Shown here: positions 1-9,148 of the stretch, in pieces | Numbering within the stretch: position 1 is the stretch's first letter | How the letters are laid out: every line of letters begins with the position of its first letter | Assembly: GCA_019313825.1 (NCBI GenBank) | Contig: JAFDAM010000003.1 | Coordinates: 1 to 58,956, forward strand | Source: Deltaproteobacteria bacterium | Lineage (GTDB): Bacteria; Desulfobacterota; DSM-4660; Desulfatiglandales; HGW-15 | Length of the DNA stretch: 58,956 nucleotides | Reading direction: 5' to 3' | Translations under genes and position numbers: made by a program | The notes under the pieces: model-generated | What the model saw: only the letters and a program-made list of their open reading frames with translations | Databases searched by the model: none | Told to the model about the DNA's origin: nothing

Positions 1-9
1 GGATATTAT

Positions 10-172
10 CCGATCTGAACGAGGCTGAATAACGGAGAAGCATTCCGTCCGCCTGGCAGGCGCCTTTTATAAAAGTTTTGCTTCTAACCCGTTCGCCATT
101 GAAAAGAGACCCCCACCGGCCATCTTTAGAATACAGATGTCATTAATGCAAAATCCTAACCGGACATTGCTG
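10..172. mobile_element. MITE copy 1 (partial in this window), inverted relative to the copy at 7926-8138
   Basis: 10-172 matches the reverse complement of 7926-8088 with about 6 mismatches by eye; ends in the TIR tgcaaaatcctaaccggacattgctg. Confidence 0.8.
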
Positions 173-407
173 TCCAATAAAAATTGATTTTGGACAAGAA
201 GAGATTTTTTTATAACATATTCAGCTATATATAATCAATAAGAGGCGGGGGAATCTTTGCTGAGTTTCAACAAGCTGCGGGGGGATAAACCTTTATCCGC
301 TTTTGCAGGGCTTGTCCGCCTTCCTGTCCTCGACGAATCCGCTTGCGGAAGAGACTGGATGGCGGACTTGTTCGCCTTTGGCGAATTGAAACAGGCGCTT
401 TTAGATA

Positions 408-436
408 TTGACAAGCTTTGCCGATATTTATAAAGT
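408..436 (+). promoter_or_regulatory. Putative sigma70 promoter of cytochrome c3 gene
   Basis: TTGACA (408-413), 17 nt spacer, TAAAGT (431-436). Confidence 0.5.
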
Positions 437-515
437 AAATAACCTATAAGCTATATTAAATAAAGGAATTCACCAATGAAGTAAAAAAATATATATTTAG
501 GGGGGTTAAACAGAT

Positions 516-926
516 ATGAAAAAGGGATTACTAACGGTGGCAGCGGTTCTACTCATGGGCTTTCTTTTTATTGCGGCAGGCGTCCTGACGGCGGCGGATG
601 TTTCTGATGATGTCCAGATTGAAAATAAGGGTTATAAGAAGGATCAAAAAAAACCTGTAAAACTGACTCATAAAACGCATATTGAAGAGCATAAGGTCAC
701 TTGCATCGAATGTCACCATGACTATAAGGATGGGAAGAACATATGGAAGGAAGGTGATCCGGTAGCAAAGTGCATCACATGTCACGATCCTTTAAAGAAA
801 AAGGGAGATGTAAAAAAACTAAAACTTGCCTACCACAATAACTGCAAAGAATGCCATAAAACGATCAACAAGGAAGGTAAAAAGGCACCGTTAAAGAAAT
901 GTAAAGAATGCCACGGGAGGAAGTAA
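516..926 (+). CDS. Periplasmic tetraheme cytochrome c3 (class III)
   Basis: Sec signal peptide; four CxxCH motifs (CIECH, CITCH, CKECH, CKECH); Lys-rich; upstream HxxH ligands. Confidence 0.93.
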   Translation: MKKGLLTVAAVLLMGFLFIAAGVLTAADVSDDVQIENKGYKKDQKKPVKLTHKTHIEEHKVTCIECHHDYKDGKNIWKEGDPVAKCITCHDPLKKKGDVKKLKLAYHNNCKECHKTINKEGKKAPLKKCKECHGRK

Positions 927-956
927 GCCCAGGCCTATCAATTAAGACCAGATCAC

Positions 957-995
957 ATAAAAAAAGCCTCTCTGAAATAGAGCGGCTTTTTTATT
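957..995. terminator. Bidirectional intrinsic terminator between c3 and ferredoxin genes
   Basis: A-tract, aagcctctct-gaaat-agagcggctt hairpin with one mismatch, T-tract; lies between convergent genes. Confidence 0.75.
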
Positions 996-1067
996 ATGGC
1001 AATCTTTCTCAGACACCATCAACCCTTTGAGTCGGATTGGCGTCATAGGTGTAATAGCGTGATATTT

Positions 1068-1256
1068 TTATGTCTCGGTGATCGTTATGGCGTCCTGATC
1101 ACACACCTCGATACAGCTTTCGCATCCCAGGCATTCCTCGGGACTGATTACTACGGATTTGCCATCCTGCATCTCGAAAACATCCACGGGGCAGACTTCG
1201 ACACACTCCTCACACCCTTCACACTTATCTGTATCAACTACTACTTCATAACCCAT
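1068..1256 (-). CDS. 2[4Fe-4S] ferredoxin
   Basis: CEGCEECVEVCP and CLGCESCIEVC motifs; 62 aa, acidic; RBS ggagg upstream. Confidence 0.95.
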   Translation of the reverse strand: MGYEVVVDTDKCEGCEECVEVCPVDVFEMQDGKSVVISPEECLGCESCIEVCDQDAITITET

Positions 1257-1351
1257 ATTATTTGACCTCCTCTATATAAAATAAATATTTCCACTATATT
1301 TCCAGATAGTTACCACTATTATGTCTTGCTTTGTTTATTCCTCACGGCAGA

Positions 1352-1388
1352 TCGTGAATTTTTTAACAAAGGAAGAATTTGGTGTCAA
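1352..1388 (-). promoter_or_regulatory. Sigma70 promoter of ferredoxin gene with overlapping Rex-like operator
   Basis: Minus strand TTGACA-17 nt-TAAAAA; TCGTGAATTTTTTAACAA (1352-1369) has 2 mismatches to Rex consensus TTGTGAA-N4-TTCACAA. Confidence 0.6.
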
Positions 1389-1430
1389 GCTTTTTGTGTC
1401 ATATTTGTTTTACATTCTGACTGCTTTAAA

Positions 1431-1604
1431 CCCAGATTGTGCATTAGGAACCGTAGCGAGGCGCAGAAAACCTTAGCGAAACGCGAAGTTGGAGCGATTT
1501 TGAGACGCAGGCATATTAATAAATCTGTTGAGGAACAAAATCGTGAAACAAGCGTTGCAGCAAGGATTTTCAAGCCGCAGTAGGTTTCTAATGCACAATC
1601 CGGG
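1431..1604. mobile_element. 174-bp MITE with IS1380-like ends
   Basis: 22-bp imperfect TIRs cccagattgtgcattaggaacc / ggtttctaatgcacaatccggg; 5-bp direct repeat ttaaa at 1426-1430 and 1605-1609; no transposase. Confidence 0.85.
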
Positions 1605-1715
1605 TTAAAGGATCTATCCTATGGGTTGTCCTGCTGACAGGTGTATAAAGAGGAAGGCCCCCCTCTCCATTATAAAGATAAGGTCCTCCCTGTGTAAGTC
1701 TGTATAGTAGGTTTA

Positions 1716-2879
1716 TCAGGCAGCCACCTCTTCTTTGACGGCGGTTACTATCTTGTAAAGGACAGTAAGTATGAAAAGTCCGGTTGCCCAGATCCCGACC
1801 GAAATAAAGACCTCCGGCACTGTGGGCCAGTACTCAAAGACCTTTTCAAAGGAATTGGGTATGAAACCGCCGACAATCAGACCGAAGCCCTTATCGATCC
1901 AAGTGGAGATGATGACCGATATGCATGCCACCGTGAGGATACCTTCTTTCCTCCGGAACCCGGGAACAATCAGGATTACAAGCGCAATAAACGCAAATGC
2001 AGTCGCGATCCACATCAACGGTACCAGCTTTCCATGGCCTTCCAGGCCCACAAAGAGATATACAATCGAGTGCATATGCCCGGGGATCTGGCTGTAGAAG
2101 GCGGTAAAGAGTTCAAGCAGGAAGAAGAAAACATTGATGATCATGGCATAGGCGACGATCCCGCCAAGGGTCCTGATCTGTTCTTTTCCGGGATCAAATT
2201 TAGTTACCTTTCTCACGATCAGGCACAGAAGGATAAGCAGGGCAGGTCCGGAGCAAAAGGCTGATGAAAGGAAGCGAGCCGCCAGAATGGCAGTCAACCA
2301 GTAGTGTCTGCCTGGTATACCCGCATACAGGAACGCGGTTACCGTATGAATACTGAAGGCCCAGGGGATAGAGATATAGATCAGGATCTTGATCCATTTC
2401 TGGTAATGGATCCCTTTCCTCTCCGCACTGAGCACATTCCAGCCAATCAGGATATTCAGAAACAGATACACGTTCAGGACAATGGCGTCCCAGAACAGGA
2501 TCGAAGTCAGGTTGGGGTGAATCATCATATTTATGAAGCGGGGAAAATTCCCGAGATCCACAAAGACAAACAGGAGGCAGATGATGATCGCTGGGACGGC
2601 TAAAAATTCTCCCAGGATGGTAATTCTTCCGAATGCCTTGTAATCATGCAGATAGCAGGGCAGGACGACCATAACCCCGGATGCCGCCACACCCACAAAA
2701 TAGGTGAGCTGGCCGATATAGAACCCCCAGGATACGTCCCTGCTCATGCCTGTAATCCGCAGGCCCTCAAACCACTGATAGAGATAGAAGCCGAAGCCGA
2801 CCCCAATGAGAGCGAGAAGAAATATTATCCATCCCCAGTATATCTGACTTCCCTTTATAGCCTTGTCAAGCATAATCAC
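1716..2879 (-). CDS. dsrP: DsrP, NrfD/PsrC-family membrane subunit
   Basis: Polytopic membrane protein with TGMSRDVSWG and HTVTAFLY motifs; last gene of dsrMKJOP. Confidence 0.95.
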   Translation of the reverse strand: MIMLDKAIKGSQIYWGWIIFLLALIGVGFGFYLYQWFEGLRITGMSRDVSWGFYIGQLTYFVGVAASGVMVVLPCYLHDYKAFGRITILGEFLAVPAIIICLLFVFVDLGNFPRFINMMIHPNLTSILFWDAIVLNVYLFLNILIGWNVLSAERKGIHYQKWIKILIYISIPWAFSIHTVTAFLYAGIPGRHYWLTAILAARFLSSAFCSGPALLILLCLIVRKVTKFDPGKEQIRTLGGIVAYAMIINVFFFLLELFTAFYSQIPGHMHSIVYLFVGLEGHGKLVPLMWIATAFAFIALVILIVPGFRRKEGILTVACISVIISTWIDKGFGLIVGGFIPNSFEKVFEYWPTVPEVFISVGIWATGLFILTVLYKIVTAVKEEVAA

Positions 2880-2880
2880 C

Positions 2881-3687
2881 TCATACTACATAGTAGATAT
2901 TGGGACCTGTCCCAAGTTCGGGTTTACGTCGAATAGCATAGCGCGAACGAAGAAGCTTCCTAACATTTGAACCCGGATCTTCCAGATCGCCAAATACCAA
3001 GGAATCTTTCAGGATCTCATTGGCTGTCTCAACACAGGCCGGGAACTGACCCTTGGCGATCCTCTCCGCGCAGAGATTGCATTTCTCCACCACCCCTTTG
3101 GTCCTGGTCGGGTAATCCCGGTTTGTGGGGAACTGCGTATTCAGCTCCTCGGGGGCCTTTCTGGGATCCCCCCAGTTAAAGCTCCTCGCTCCAAATGGGC
3201 ATGCGGCCATGCAGAACCTGCATCCGATACACCGGTGCGGATCCATCATAACCACACCGTCCTTTTCTCTCTTCCATGTGGCCTTTGTAGGGCATACGCG
3301 GCAGCAGGCAGGGTTGTCACAGTGATTGCAGAGTATGAGAAAATTCCTCTCTTTAAATTCCTCGCCCTGATAATCATGTCCCTGGCCGGCAAAGGTGTGC
3401 TCGTAAGTCTCCTTCCAGATCCATTTGATTTCCACCTTCGGGTCTCCCCAGTCCGGCACGTTATGGATCCGATGGCAGGCCTCAACGCATCTGTCCATAA
3501 TCTCATCATTCATCTTGTCCATGTCCACGACCATGCCCCATCTCTTGGCCTGGGTCAGTGGAGTATCTTTCAGCGAGGCCTCAACCTCACCCGGAACTAG
3601 CAGATCAAAAGCGGCCTTTCCTCCGAGCCCCATCATGGCGGAGAGTCCGGCTATCTTTAAAAATTCTCTTCTGTCAATGCCCATCAC
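2881..3687 (-). CDS. dsrO: DsrO, Tat-exported iron-sulfur subunit
   Basis: DRREFLK Tat motif; CNHCDNPACCRVCP, CIGCRFCMAACP and KCNLC clusters; operon position. Confidence 0.95.
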   Translation of the reverse strand: MMGIDRREFLKIAGLSAMMGLGGKAAFDLLVPGEVEASLKDTPLTQAKRWGMVVDMDKMNDEIMDRCVEACHRIHNVPDWGDPKVEIKWIWKETYEHTFAGQGHDYQGEEFKERNFLILCNHCDNPACCRVCPTKATWKREKDGVVMMDPHRCIGCRFCMAACPFGARSFNWGDPRKAPEELNTQFPTNRDYPTRTKGVVEKCNLCAERIAKGQFPACVETANEILKDSLVFGDLEDPGSNVRKLLRSRYAIRRKPELGTGPNIYYVV

Positions 3688-4079
3688 TCATTCTCCTTAG
3701 GCTCGATATGGCAGTCCCAGCAGAAAGGGTCCACCCCCATATAGTTATGGCACTGGTCACAAAATTTGCTCTTATTGGAATGGCATTCCAGGCAGGTAAT
3801 CTGAAGGCTCTTGTAATATTCCTTTCCCTCACTGCTTTTGTAATACCTTTCGGCGTCACGAACGACCTCATTTCTCCACTCGTCCAGCATCTTCATATGC
3901 TGGGTCTTCATGAAAGGCTTTGGCTCAATACACTTTTCTGCGTTTTTCGCCGTTTCAGTGAGCTCCGGATTGGGCGTTATGCCAGCCTTCCCTGGATGAA
4001 AAGCCTGATTCCATAAAGGGAAAAGCAGCAATATCAAAAAGATAATCAGCCCGGGTATGATCTTCCAACCGTCATACAT
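3684..4079 (-). CDS. dsrJ: DsrJ, triheme cytochrome c
   Basis: N-terminal anchor; CLECH, CDQCH, CWDCH; HM..LDEWRNEVVR motif. Confidence 0.95.
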   Translation of the reverse strand: MYDGWKIIPGLIIFLILLLFPLWNQAFHPGKAGITPNPELTETAKNAEKCIEPKPFMKTQHMKMLDEWRNEVVRDAERYYKSSEGKEYYKSLQITCLECHSNKSKFCDQCHNYMGVDPFCWDCHIEPKENE

Positions 4080-5745
4080 CCTTATTCTCCTCTACTTTCT
4101 CTTCTTTTTTGACTTCCTCGGCTTCTTCGACTTCCTCCATCCCGTGGAGAGGTTCGCTACGCAGATCTGTGGTTCTCTCCTTCTCCCCCTCAAGAATCAG
4201 GGCATTCCCTATCATCTCGTGAACACCGATGACGCCTACCTCGGGGATCCAGTATTGCATCAGGTCAGGGAAAACAGCCCTGTCAATGGCGCATATGCAG
4301 GCGAGCATGTTCACACCATATTTCTCATGGACGTGTTTTACCGCGTTTGCCCTGGGCAGCCCGCCTCTCATCCTGAGTTCCATATCTTCCCCGGCATTCA
4401 GGCCGGCACCGCCGCCGCAACAGAAGGTCAGCTCCCTGATGGTGTTTTCCGGCATCTCATAGAAATTATTGCAGACATTTTTGATCACGTATCTTGGTTC
4501 CTCAAGGAGTCCCATGCCCCTGGCAGGGTTACAGGAGTCATGGAACGTGACCTTAAGGTTATCGTTTCGGCTGGGGTCCAGTTTCAGCTTATTGTGCTTT
4601 ATCAGGTCCGCAGTGAATTCGATGATGTGAACCATCTTGGTGCCCTTCGCGTTCTCGAATTTCGTGCCCGTTATGGGGGAGACCGGTTCCTCCAGGAAAT
4701 CCGCCGGGCCATTGAATGTATCCATGTACTGGTTGATAACTCTCCACATATGGCCGCACTCGCCGCCCAGGATCCATTTTACCCCGAGGCGCTTTGCCTC
4801 GGCATACATCTTTGCATTTAGCCTCTTTGCCATCTCATGGGAGGTGAAATAACCGAAGTTCCCGCCCTCGGACGCATATGTGCTCCATGTGATGTCAAGA
4901 CCCATCTTCTGAAGGTAGTGGAATAGCATGATATAGCCCATGCAGGTATAAGTGCCTGGATCGGCAAACACATCGCCCGAAGGCGTGATAAAGAGGATCT
5001 CCGCGCCTTTCCTGTTAAAGCTGGGCTCCATCTTGACGCCCGTGATCTCTTCAATATCGTCAACAAAGAAGTCGAGCATATCCTTATAGGCATGTGGTTG
5101 GATACCAAGGTGGTTCCCTGTCCTGTAACAGTTGGCTACGGGCGCGGATATCCAGTCAATATTCAGACCCACAAGATTGAGCAGCTCCCTGCCTATGATC
5201 GTGATCTCGGCCGTATCGATCCCGTAAGGACAGAACACGGAGCACCGACGGCATTCTGTGCACTGGAAGAAATAGTACCACCATTCCTTGAGCACATCCA
5301 CGGTCAGATCACGGGCGCCTGCGAATTTGCCCATAATCTTTCCGGCAGTAGTGTACTCCCTTCGATAGATCGACCTGAGAAGCTCTGCCCTGAGGACGGG
5401 CATATTCCTGGGGTCACCGCCACCTATGAAGAAGTGACACTTATCAGCGCATGCACCGCATCTCACACAGATGTCCATGAAGATCTTCAGGGACCTGAAT
5501 CTTTCGAGCCGCTCTCTCAGGCCATCCAGGATGATCTCTTTCCAGTTATCGGGGAGTTTCCAGTCCTCATCCAACGGCGACCATTCCCTCGGATTGGGCA
5601 ACCCCACGTATTCAAGGTTCTTGGGCTTCCCCGCATAACATGCGACACCCTTTTTAATCTCAACCGGGCTGTTCATCCACCCTGTAATGAGGGGGGACGT
5701 GTGATCAACCTTTGCAAGCTCTTCTGGTTTTGGAACGTCTGACAT
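4072..5745 (-). CDS. dsrK: DsrK, HdrD-like Fe-S/CCG catalytic subunit
   Basis: CVRCGACADKC and CTECRRCSVFCP clusters; GECGH, FHDSCN and CCGGGAG motifs. Confidence 0.97.
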   Translation of the reverse strand: MSDVPKPEELAKVDHTSPLITGWMNSPVEIKKGVACYAGKPKNLEYVGLPNPREWSPLDEDWKLPDNWKEIILDGLRERLERFRSLKIFMDICVRCGACADKCHFFIGGGDPRNMPVLRAELLRSIYRREYTTAGKIMGKFAGARDLTVDVLKEWWYYFFQCTECRRCSVFCPYGIDTAEITIIGRELLNLVGLNIDWISAPVANCYRTGNHLGIQPHAYKDMLDFFVDDIEEITGVKMEPSFNRKGAEILFITPSGDVFADPGTYTCMGYIMLFHYLQKMGLDITWSTYASEGGNFGYFTSHEMAKRLNAKMYAEAKRLGVKWILGGECGHMWRVINQYMDTFNGPADFLEEPVSPITGTKFENAKGTKMVHIIEFTADLIKHNKLKLDPSRNDNLKVTFHDSCNPARGMGLLEEPRYVIKNVCNNFYEMPENTIRELTFCCGGGAGLNAGEDMELRMRGGLPRANAVKHVHEKYGVNMLACICAIDRAVFPDLMQYWIPEVGVIGVHEMIGNALILEGEKERTTDLRSEPLHGMEEVEEAEEVKKEEKVEENKDV

Positions 5746-5747
5746 AT

Positions 5748-6866
5748 CTACTCCTTTTCTGCTTCTTCTTGTGTCCCGGATCCATCCTCTGTCTGTGATT
5801 CGGGCATCTTTTCCACCGGAAGTCCTGCCTCTACCATCTTCTCCCTGAATTCATCCTCATATTCGTCATATGAGTGGACATGGACAGGATAGTCCCAGGG
5901 GTTAATGTGTCTGACAGTTCGGCTGTTATTGGCCAGATTTCTGGTGGGACTGAGAAAGATTCCCGCCATGTGGACGAGCTTACTGAAAGGGAAATAGGCG
6001 ATAAGAGTGCTAACCAGGAAAAGGTGGATAAAAAATATGGTGCCGATACCCTCTGGAATCTTTGGATTAAAGGTGACCAATCCCATGGCAAGTTCCTTCA
6101 CGTTGACCACCTGCACGCTGAACCAATCCACCTTAAAGATAAACTGCATGAACACACCCATATGACGCATGAGGATACCGGTCGCGGCTATTCCAATAAT
6201 CAGAAAGAGAGGAAAGTAGTCTGCCGGAAGTGATATGTAGCGTGTCTGGGATATGTAGAGTCTTCTCAAGAAGAGATAGGTCAAGGCCGCTATGAGGATG
6301 AACCCGCTTATCAGGATGCCCGGCGCTGCAAATCCCGCGAATGGCGCTATGCCGATTTCAAACAACCCGTCGAGTTTTTCTATCCAGCGCACAAACGCGG
6401 GTATGGGCTCGGTGAAGAACCTGAGGTGCCTGAGCAGTACGACCAGAAAAGAGTAATGAAACGCAAGCGCCGCGATCCACAACCACTTCTCCCACTCATA
6501 GGCCAGCTTCGCCCCCCCCCTGAACTCGAGACTCATGTTCCTGAAAAGAGATCGGAAGAGGAGGATCTCAAGCGCCATCCTGATTATCACGCCAATGGTG
6601 CCCGAGGGGTTATCGATTTTGTTTTGCTTTATCCATGGGAGAGATTTTTGCTGACCGGCTGTAGTGGGGATGCGGAACGGACTGGGGGAGCGCGCCCAAC
6701 CTAGGACGCGGATAATAATTCCAACGATGAACGTAGCAACAGCAGCATAGGGTACGATTATCCCAAATAAGTAGCGCAGGTCAAACGCCCATACTCCCAC
6801 CCATGGGATTAAAACGAATATACCGACTACTACCAGAGAGAACAGGATGCCTATAATAAAATTCAT
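5748..6866 (-). CDS. dsrM: DsrM, NarI-like diheme b membrane subunit
   Basis: FRIPTTAGQQKSLPW, FHYSFL...RHLRFF and YFPFSKLVH...SPTRN motifs. Confidence 0.96.
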   Translation of the reverse strand: MNFIIGILFSLVVVGIFVLIPWVGVWAFDLRYLFGIIVPYAAVATFIVGIIIRVLGWARSPSPFRIPTTAGQQKSLPWIKQNKIDNPSGTIGVIIRMALEILLFRSLFRNMSLEFRGGAKLAYEWEKWLWIAALAFHYSFLVVLLRHLRFFTEPIPAFVRWIEKLDGLFEIGIAPFAGFAAPGILISGFILIAALTYLFLRRLYISQTRYISLPADYFPLFLIIGIAATGILMRHMGVFMQFIFKVDWFSVQVVNVKELAMGLVTFNPKIPEGIGTIFFIHLFLVSTLIAYFPFSKLVHMAGIFLSPTRNLANNSRTVRHINPWDYPVHVHSYDEYEDEFREKMVEAGLPVEKMPESQTEDGSGTQEEAEKE

Positions 6867-6906
6867 TTAATGCAACCTCGTTTCATAATGGAACTTGATG
6901 GTTATA

Positions 6907-7461
6907 TCATGTTGTTTCTTTTTGATGAGGCTCCCATTCGGGGACCTCAGAGATCAGCCCCGCTCTTTGGAGCAGTCTTGAAACCTGATTTTTCGCCTGA
7001 TTAGCCGAGATCTCATAGATCTTTTCACGGCATCTCATATAGACATCAAAGGCAATGAGAGCCATGTCATCAATCCTGGACTCAAATTCCGCCAGCTCAT
7101 CAGAGAGCCGGTTTTCCCGGATCTCCTTGTTCAGTTCCTTTCTGATTACTCCCTTAAGCTGGAATACAAAGAAGATGGCCTGGGAAGGGGAAAAGTCTTG
7201 CACTGCCCTGATCCTGACAATCCTGTCAAGAATGGGAGAGAGTCTGGCAGGGTCTACGCCTTCAAGGAGTTCCTGAAACAGATTCCCTATCTCCTTCGAT
7301 ATGGTCTGTCCCACGGGATTGGCAAACTGGTCAGACTGTTTCTTTAAAAATCTCTTTGTATCAGAAGAATAGGATTCCAGGATACTATCTAACCATCTCT
7401 TAAGGATAATGGTTCTGTTTTGTAATAAGAGCTTTTCCAGCTTCATGTGCACCTGAGCCAT
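6907..7461 (-). CDS. dsrT: DsrT (RsbRD N-terminal domain protein); start may be ATG at 7446
   Basis: DQFANPVG, RIRAVQDFSPSQA and AFDVYMRCREK motifs; directly upstream of dsrM. Confidence 0.9.
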   Translation of the reverse strand: MAQVHMKLEKLLLQNRTIILKRWLDSILESYSSDTKRFLKKQSDQFANPVGQTISKEIGNLFQELLEGVDPARLSPILDRIVRIRAVQDFSPSQAIFFVFQLKGVIRKELNKEIRENRLSDELAEFESRIDDMALIAFDVYMRCREKIYEISANQAKNQVSRLLQRAGLISEVPEWEPHQKETT

Positions 7462-7517
7462 GAGAACGTTACTGATGAAAATTATTGGCCTTTATTGAGT
7501 CTCCTTTTAGCGGTCGG

Positions 7518-7547
7518 ACTATAGGCAAATTGTGAATCCATGTCAAG
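7518..7547 (-). promoter_or_regulatory. Sigma70 promoter of dsrTMKJOP with Rex-like half site
   Basis: Minus strand TTGACA (7546-7541), 17 nt, TATAGT (7523-7518); TTGTGAA half site at 7530-7536. Confidence 0.7.
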
Positions 7548-7925
7548 GGAAAATGGGCGCCGGCATATTCATTCTCCCAGTGATCAATGTAAAGCCGTAG
7601 AAAGGGTAAGGCGTGGAGGGATAGCCATGGCAGGCAATTTAAACCCTTAAATTTTTGGTAACGTTCAAAAGTGTACCCATACTTGATAAAATGCTCCATT
7701 GAGAATGTGATGATTGTTTCTGAAAAGCGATATCTCACGAAAGAGTTCCACCCAGGCCGTGCCGTGATTAAATATTTGTGGTTTGTGCCACAGGATATAT
7801 GGTAGCTGCCACAGAACTTTGAAAAACTCCAAATATTTGATCACTTGCAATTCTGGTAATAGATATCGCTTTGAAGAAATGAGCATCACATGATTTATTG
7901 AATTATTTAAAAAATCATTTCCACA

Positions 7926-8138
7926 CAGTAATGTCCGGTTAGGATTTTGCATTAATGACATTTGTATTCTAAAGATGGCCCGTAGGGGTCTCTTTTCAAT
8001 GGCGAACGGGTTAGAAGCAAAACTTTTATAAAAGGCGCCTGCCAGGCGGACGGAATGCTTCTCTGTTATTCAGCCTCGTTCAGACCGGCCATCAACTTCC
8101 ATATGACAGCATTGCAAAAGCCTAACCGGACATTACTG
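7926..8138. mobile_element. 213-bp MITE copy 2 (complete)
   Basis: TIRs cagtaatgtccggttaggattttgca / tgcaaaagcctaaccggacattactg; second copy at window start; no coding capacity. Confidence 0.85.
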
Positions 8139-8241
8139 CATGAAACTGATTATGTGCATACTTGTGAACGTTACAAAATCTTATGAGGAGTCGATATTTT
8201 ACCTCAATAATATACGCGTCTATGTGGCTTAAGACCGCCAC

Positions 8242-8736
8242 TCAGAATCGATCATCCGAAACCTTCCTGTGGTCGGCATCACGAAGCGTCCCCTTCATCC
8301 ACCCCACACGCGTATCCTCCCTGTGATCGAACCTCGGCACAAAGGGTTTGATATCCAGAAGCGGTGTGTTGTCCAACATGTCCACCTCAGCCAGATGGAG
8401 AATATTTCCTTCCCTCTTTTCAAGCCTGACCACTGAGAGACCGATCGGGTTCGGCCTTTTGGGGGCCCTCGTACAAAAGACGCCACGAGGGATATCCTCC
8501 ATATAAGGCTTGCAGATCAGATTATATCCTTCGGACCTGTCAAAGACATAGATGATAATCAGGTGAGAGAAACCTTCAATATCCTTGAGGCCTGCTTCAT
8601 ATTCCTTAAAGATCTCGGCCCTTCCTTTTGAATCCCCGTCAAATACTCCCTGGATGGGAACGCCACGTTTTTCCTGGTAAGGTGTCTTGAGAATACCTAT
8701 GGAACTGAATTTGAATTCCATCATGATATCCCTCAT
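8242..8736 (-). CDS. tsaA: tRNA m6t6A37 methyltransferase TrmO/TsaA family; start probably 8724
   Basis: GLKDIEGFSHL, RGVFCTRAPKRPNPIGLS and DNTPLLDIKPF motifs. Confidence 0.9.
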   Translation of the reverse strand: MRDIMMEFKFSSIGILKTPYQEKRGVPIQGVFDGDSKGRAEIFKEYEAGLKDIEGFSHLIIIYVFDRSEGYNLICKPYMEDIPRGVFCTRAPKRPNPIGLSVVRLEKREGNILHLAEVDMLDNTPLLDIKPFVPRFDHREDTRVGWMKGTLRDADHRKVSDDRF

Positions 8737-8796
8737 TGAATCATGCTATTTATTTGAATCCAGAAATCCCCCGCATTTCGGGGAGCAGCGTCAATT

Positions 8797-9093
8797 GGGT
8801 TTGCCTGAAAAGAGCAATCTAATCCGGCAATGTCCATCTCTTCAAGGCGACCCCGCCCGGGCGGGGCTACCTTTTAAGGAAGTGGCCAAACAATGAAGGC
8901 CCAGGGCTCCCCGATAAACCGGGATCTTCGACAAGGTGTAAGGCTCAAGGCTTAATGTATCAGGTATAGTTAGGAAAAAGCAAAATATTCCTTGCGCCTT
9001 TAGCCTTATGACTTATTATATATCGCCTTGAAGAGATCCCGCCATGGCAGGACCTCATATGGTCGATACACCCTTTTAAGGTTCAAACAAAGC
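8797..9093. repeat. Nested palindromic element, copy A (homologous to 28056-28377)
   Basis: Perfect 15-bp inverted repeat 8836-8850/9023-9037; both arms homologous to copy B; loop unrelated. Confidence 0.75.
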
Positions 9094-9148
9094 TGGGTCT
9101 TTGACAGGCGGTGATTCTTTACTAATTATCAATTAACCCGCTGCCTGG

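Noticed and set aside
1326-1583. ORFs 1326-1583 (+) and 1385-1573 (-) as small genes
   Set aside because: They span a promoter and the MITE and have no family motifs
7469-7961. ORFs upstream of dsrT
   Set aside because: AT-rich regulatory DNA overlapping the dsr promoter and MITE end; no protein signature
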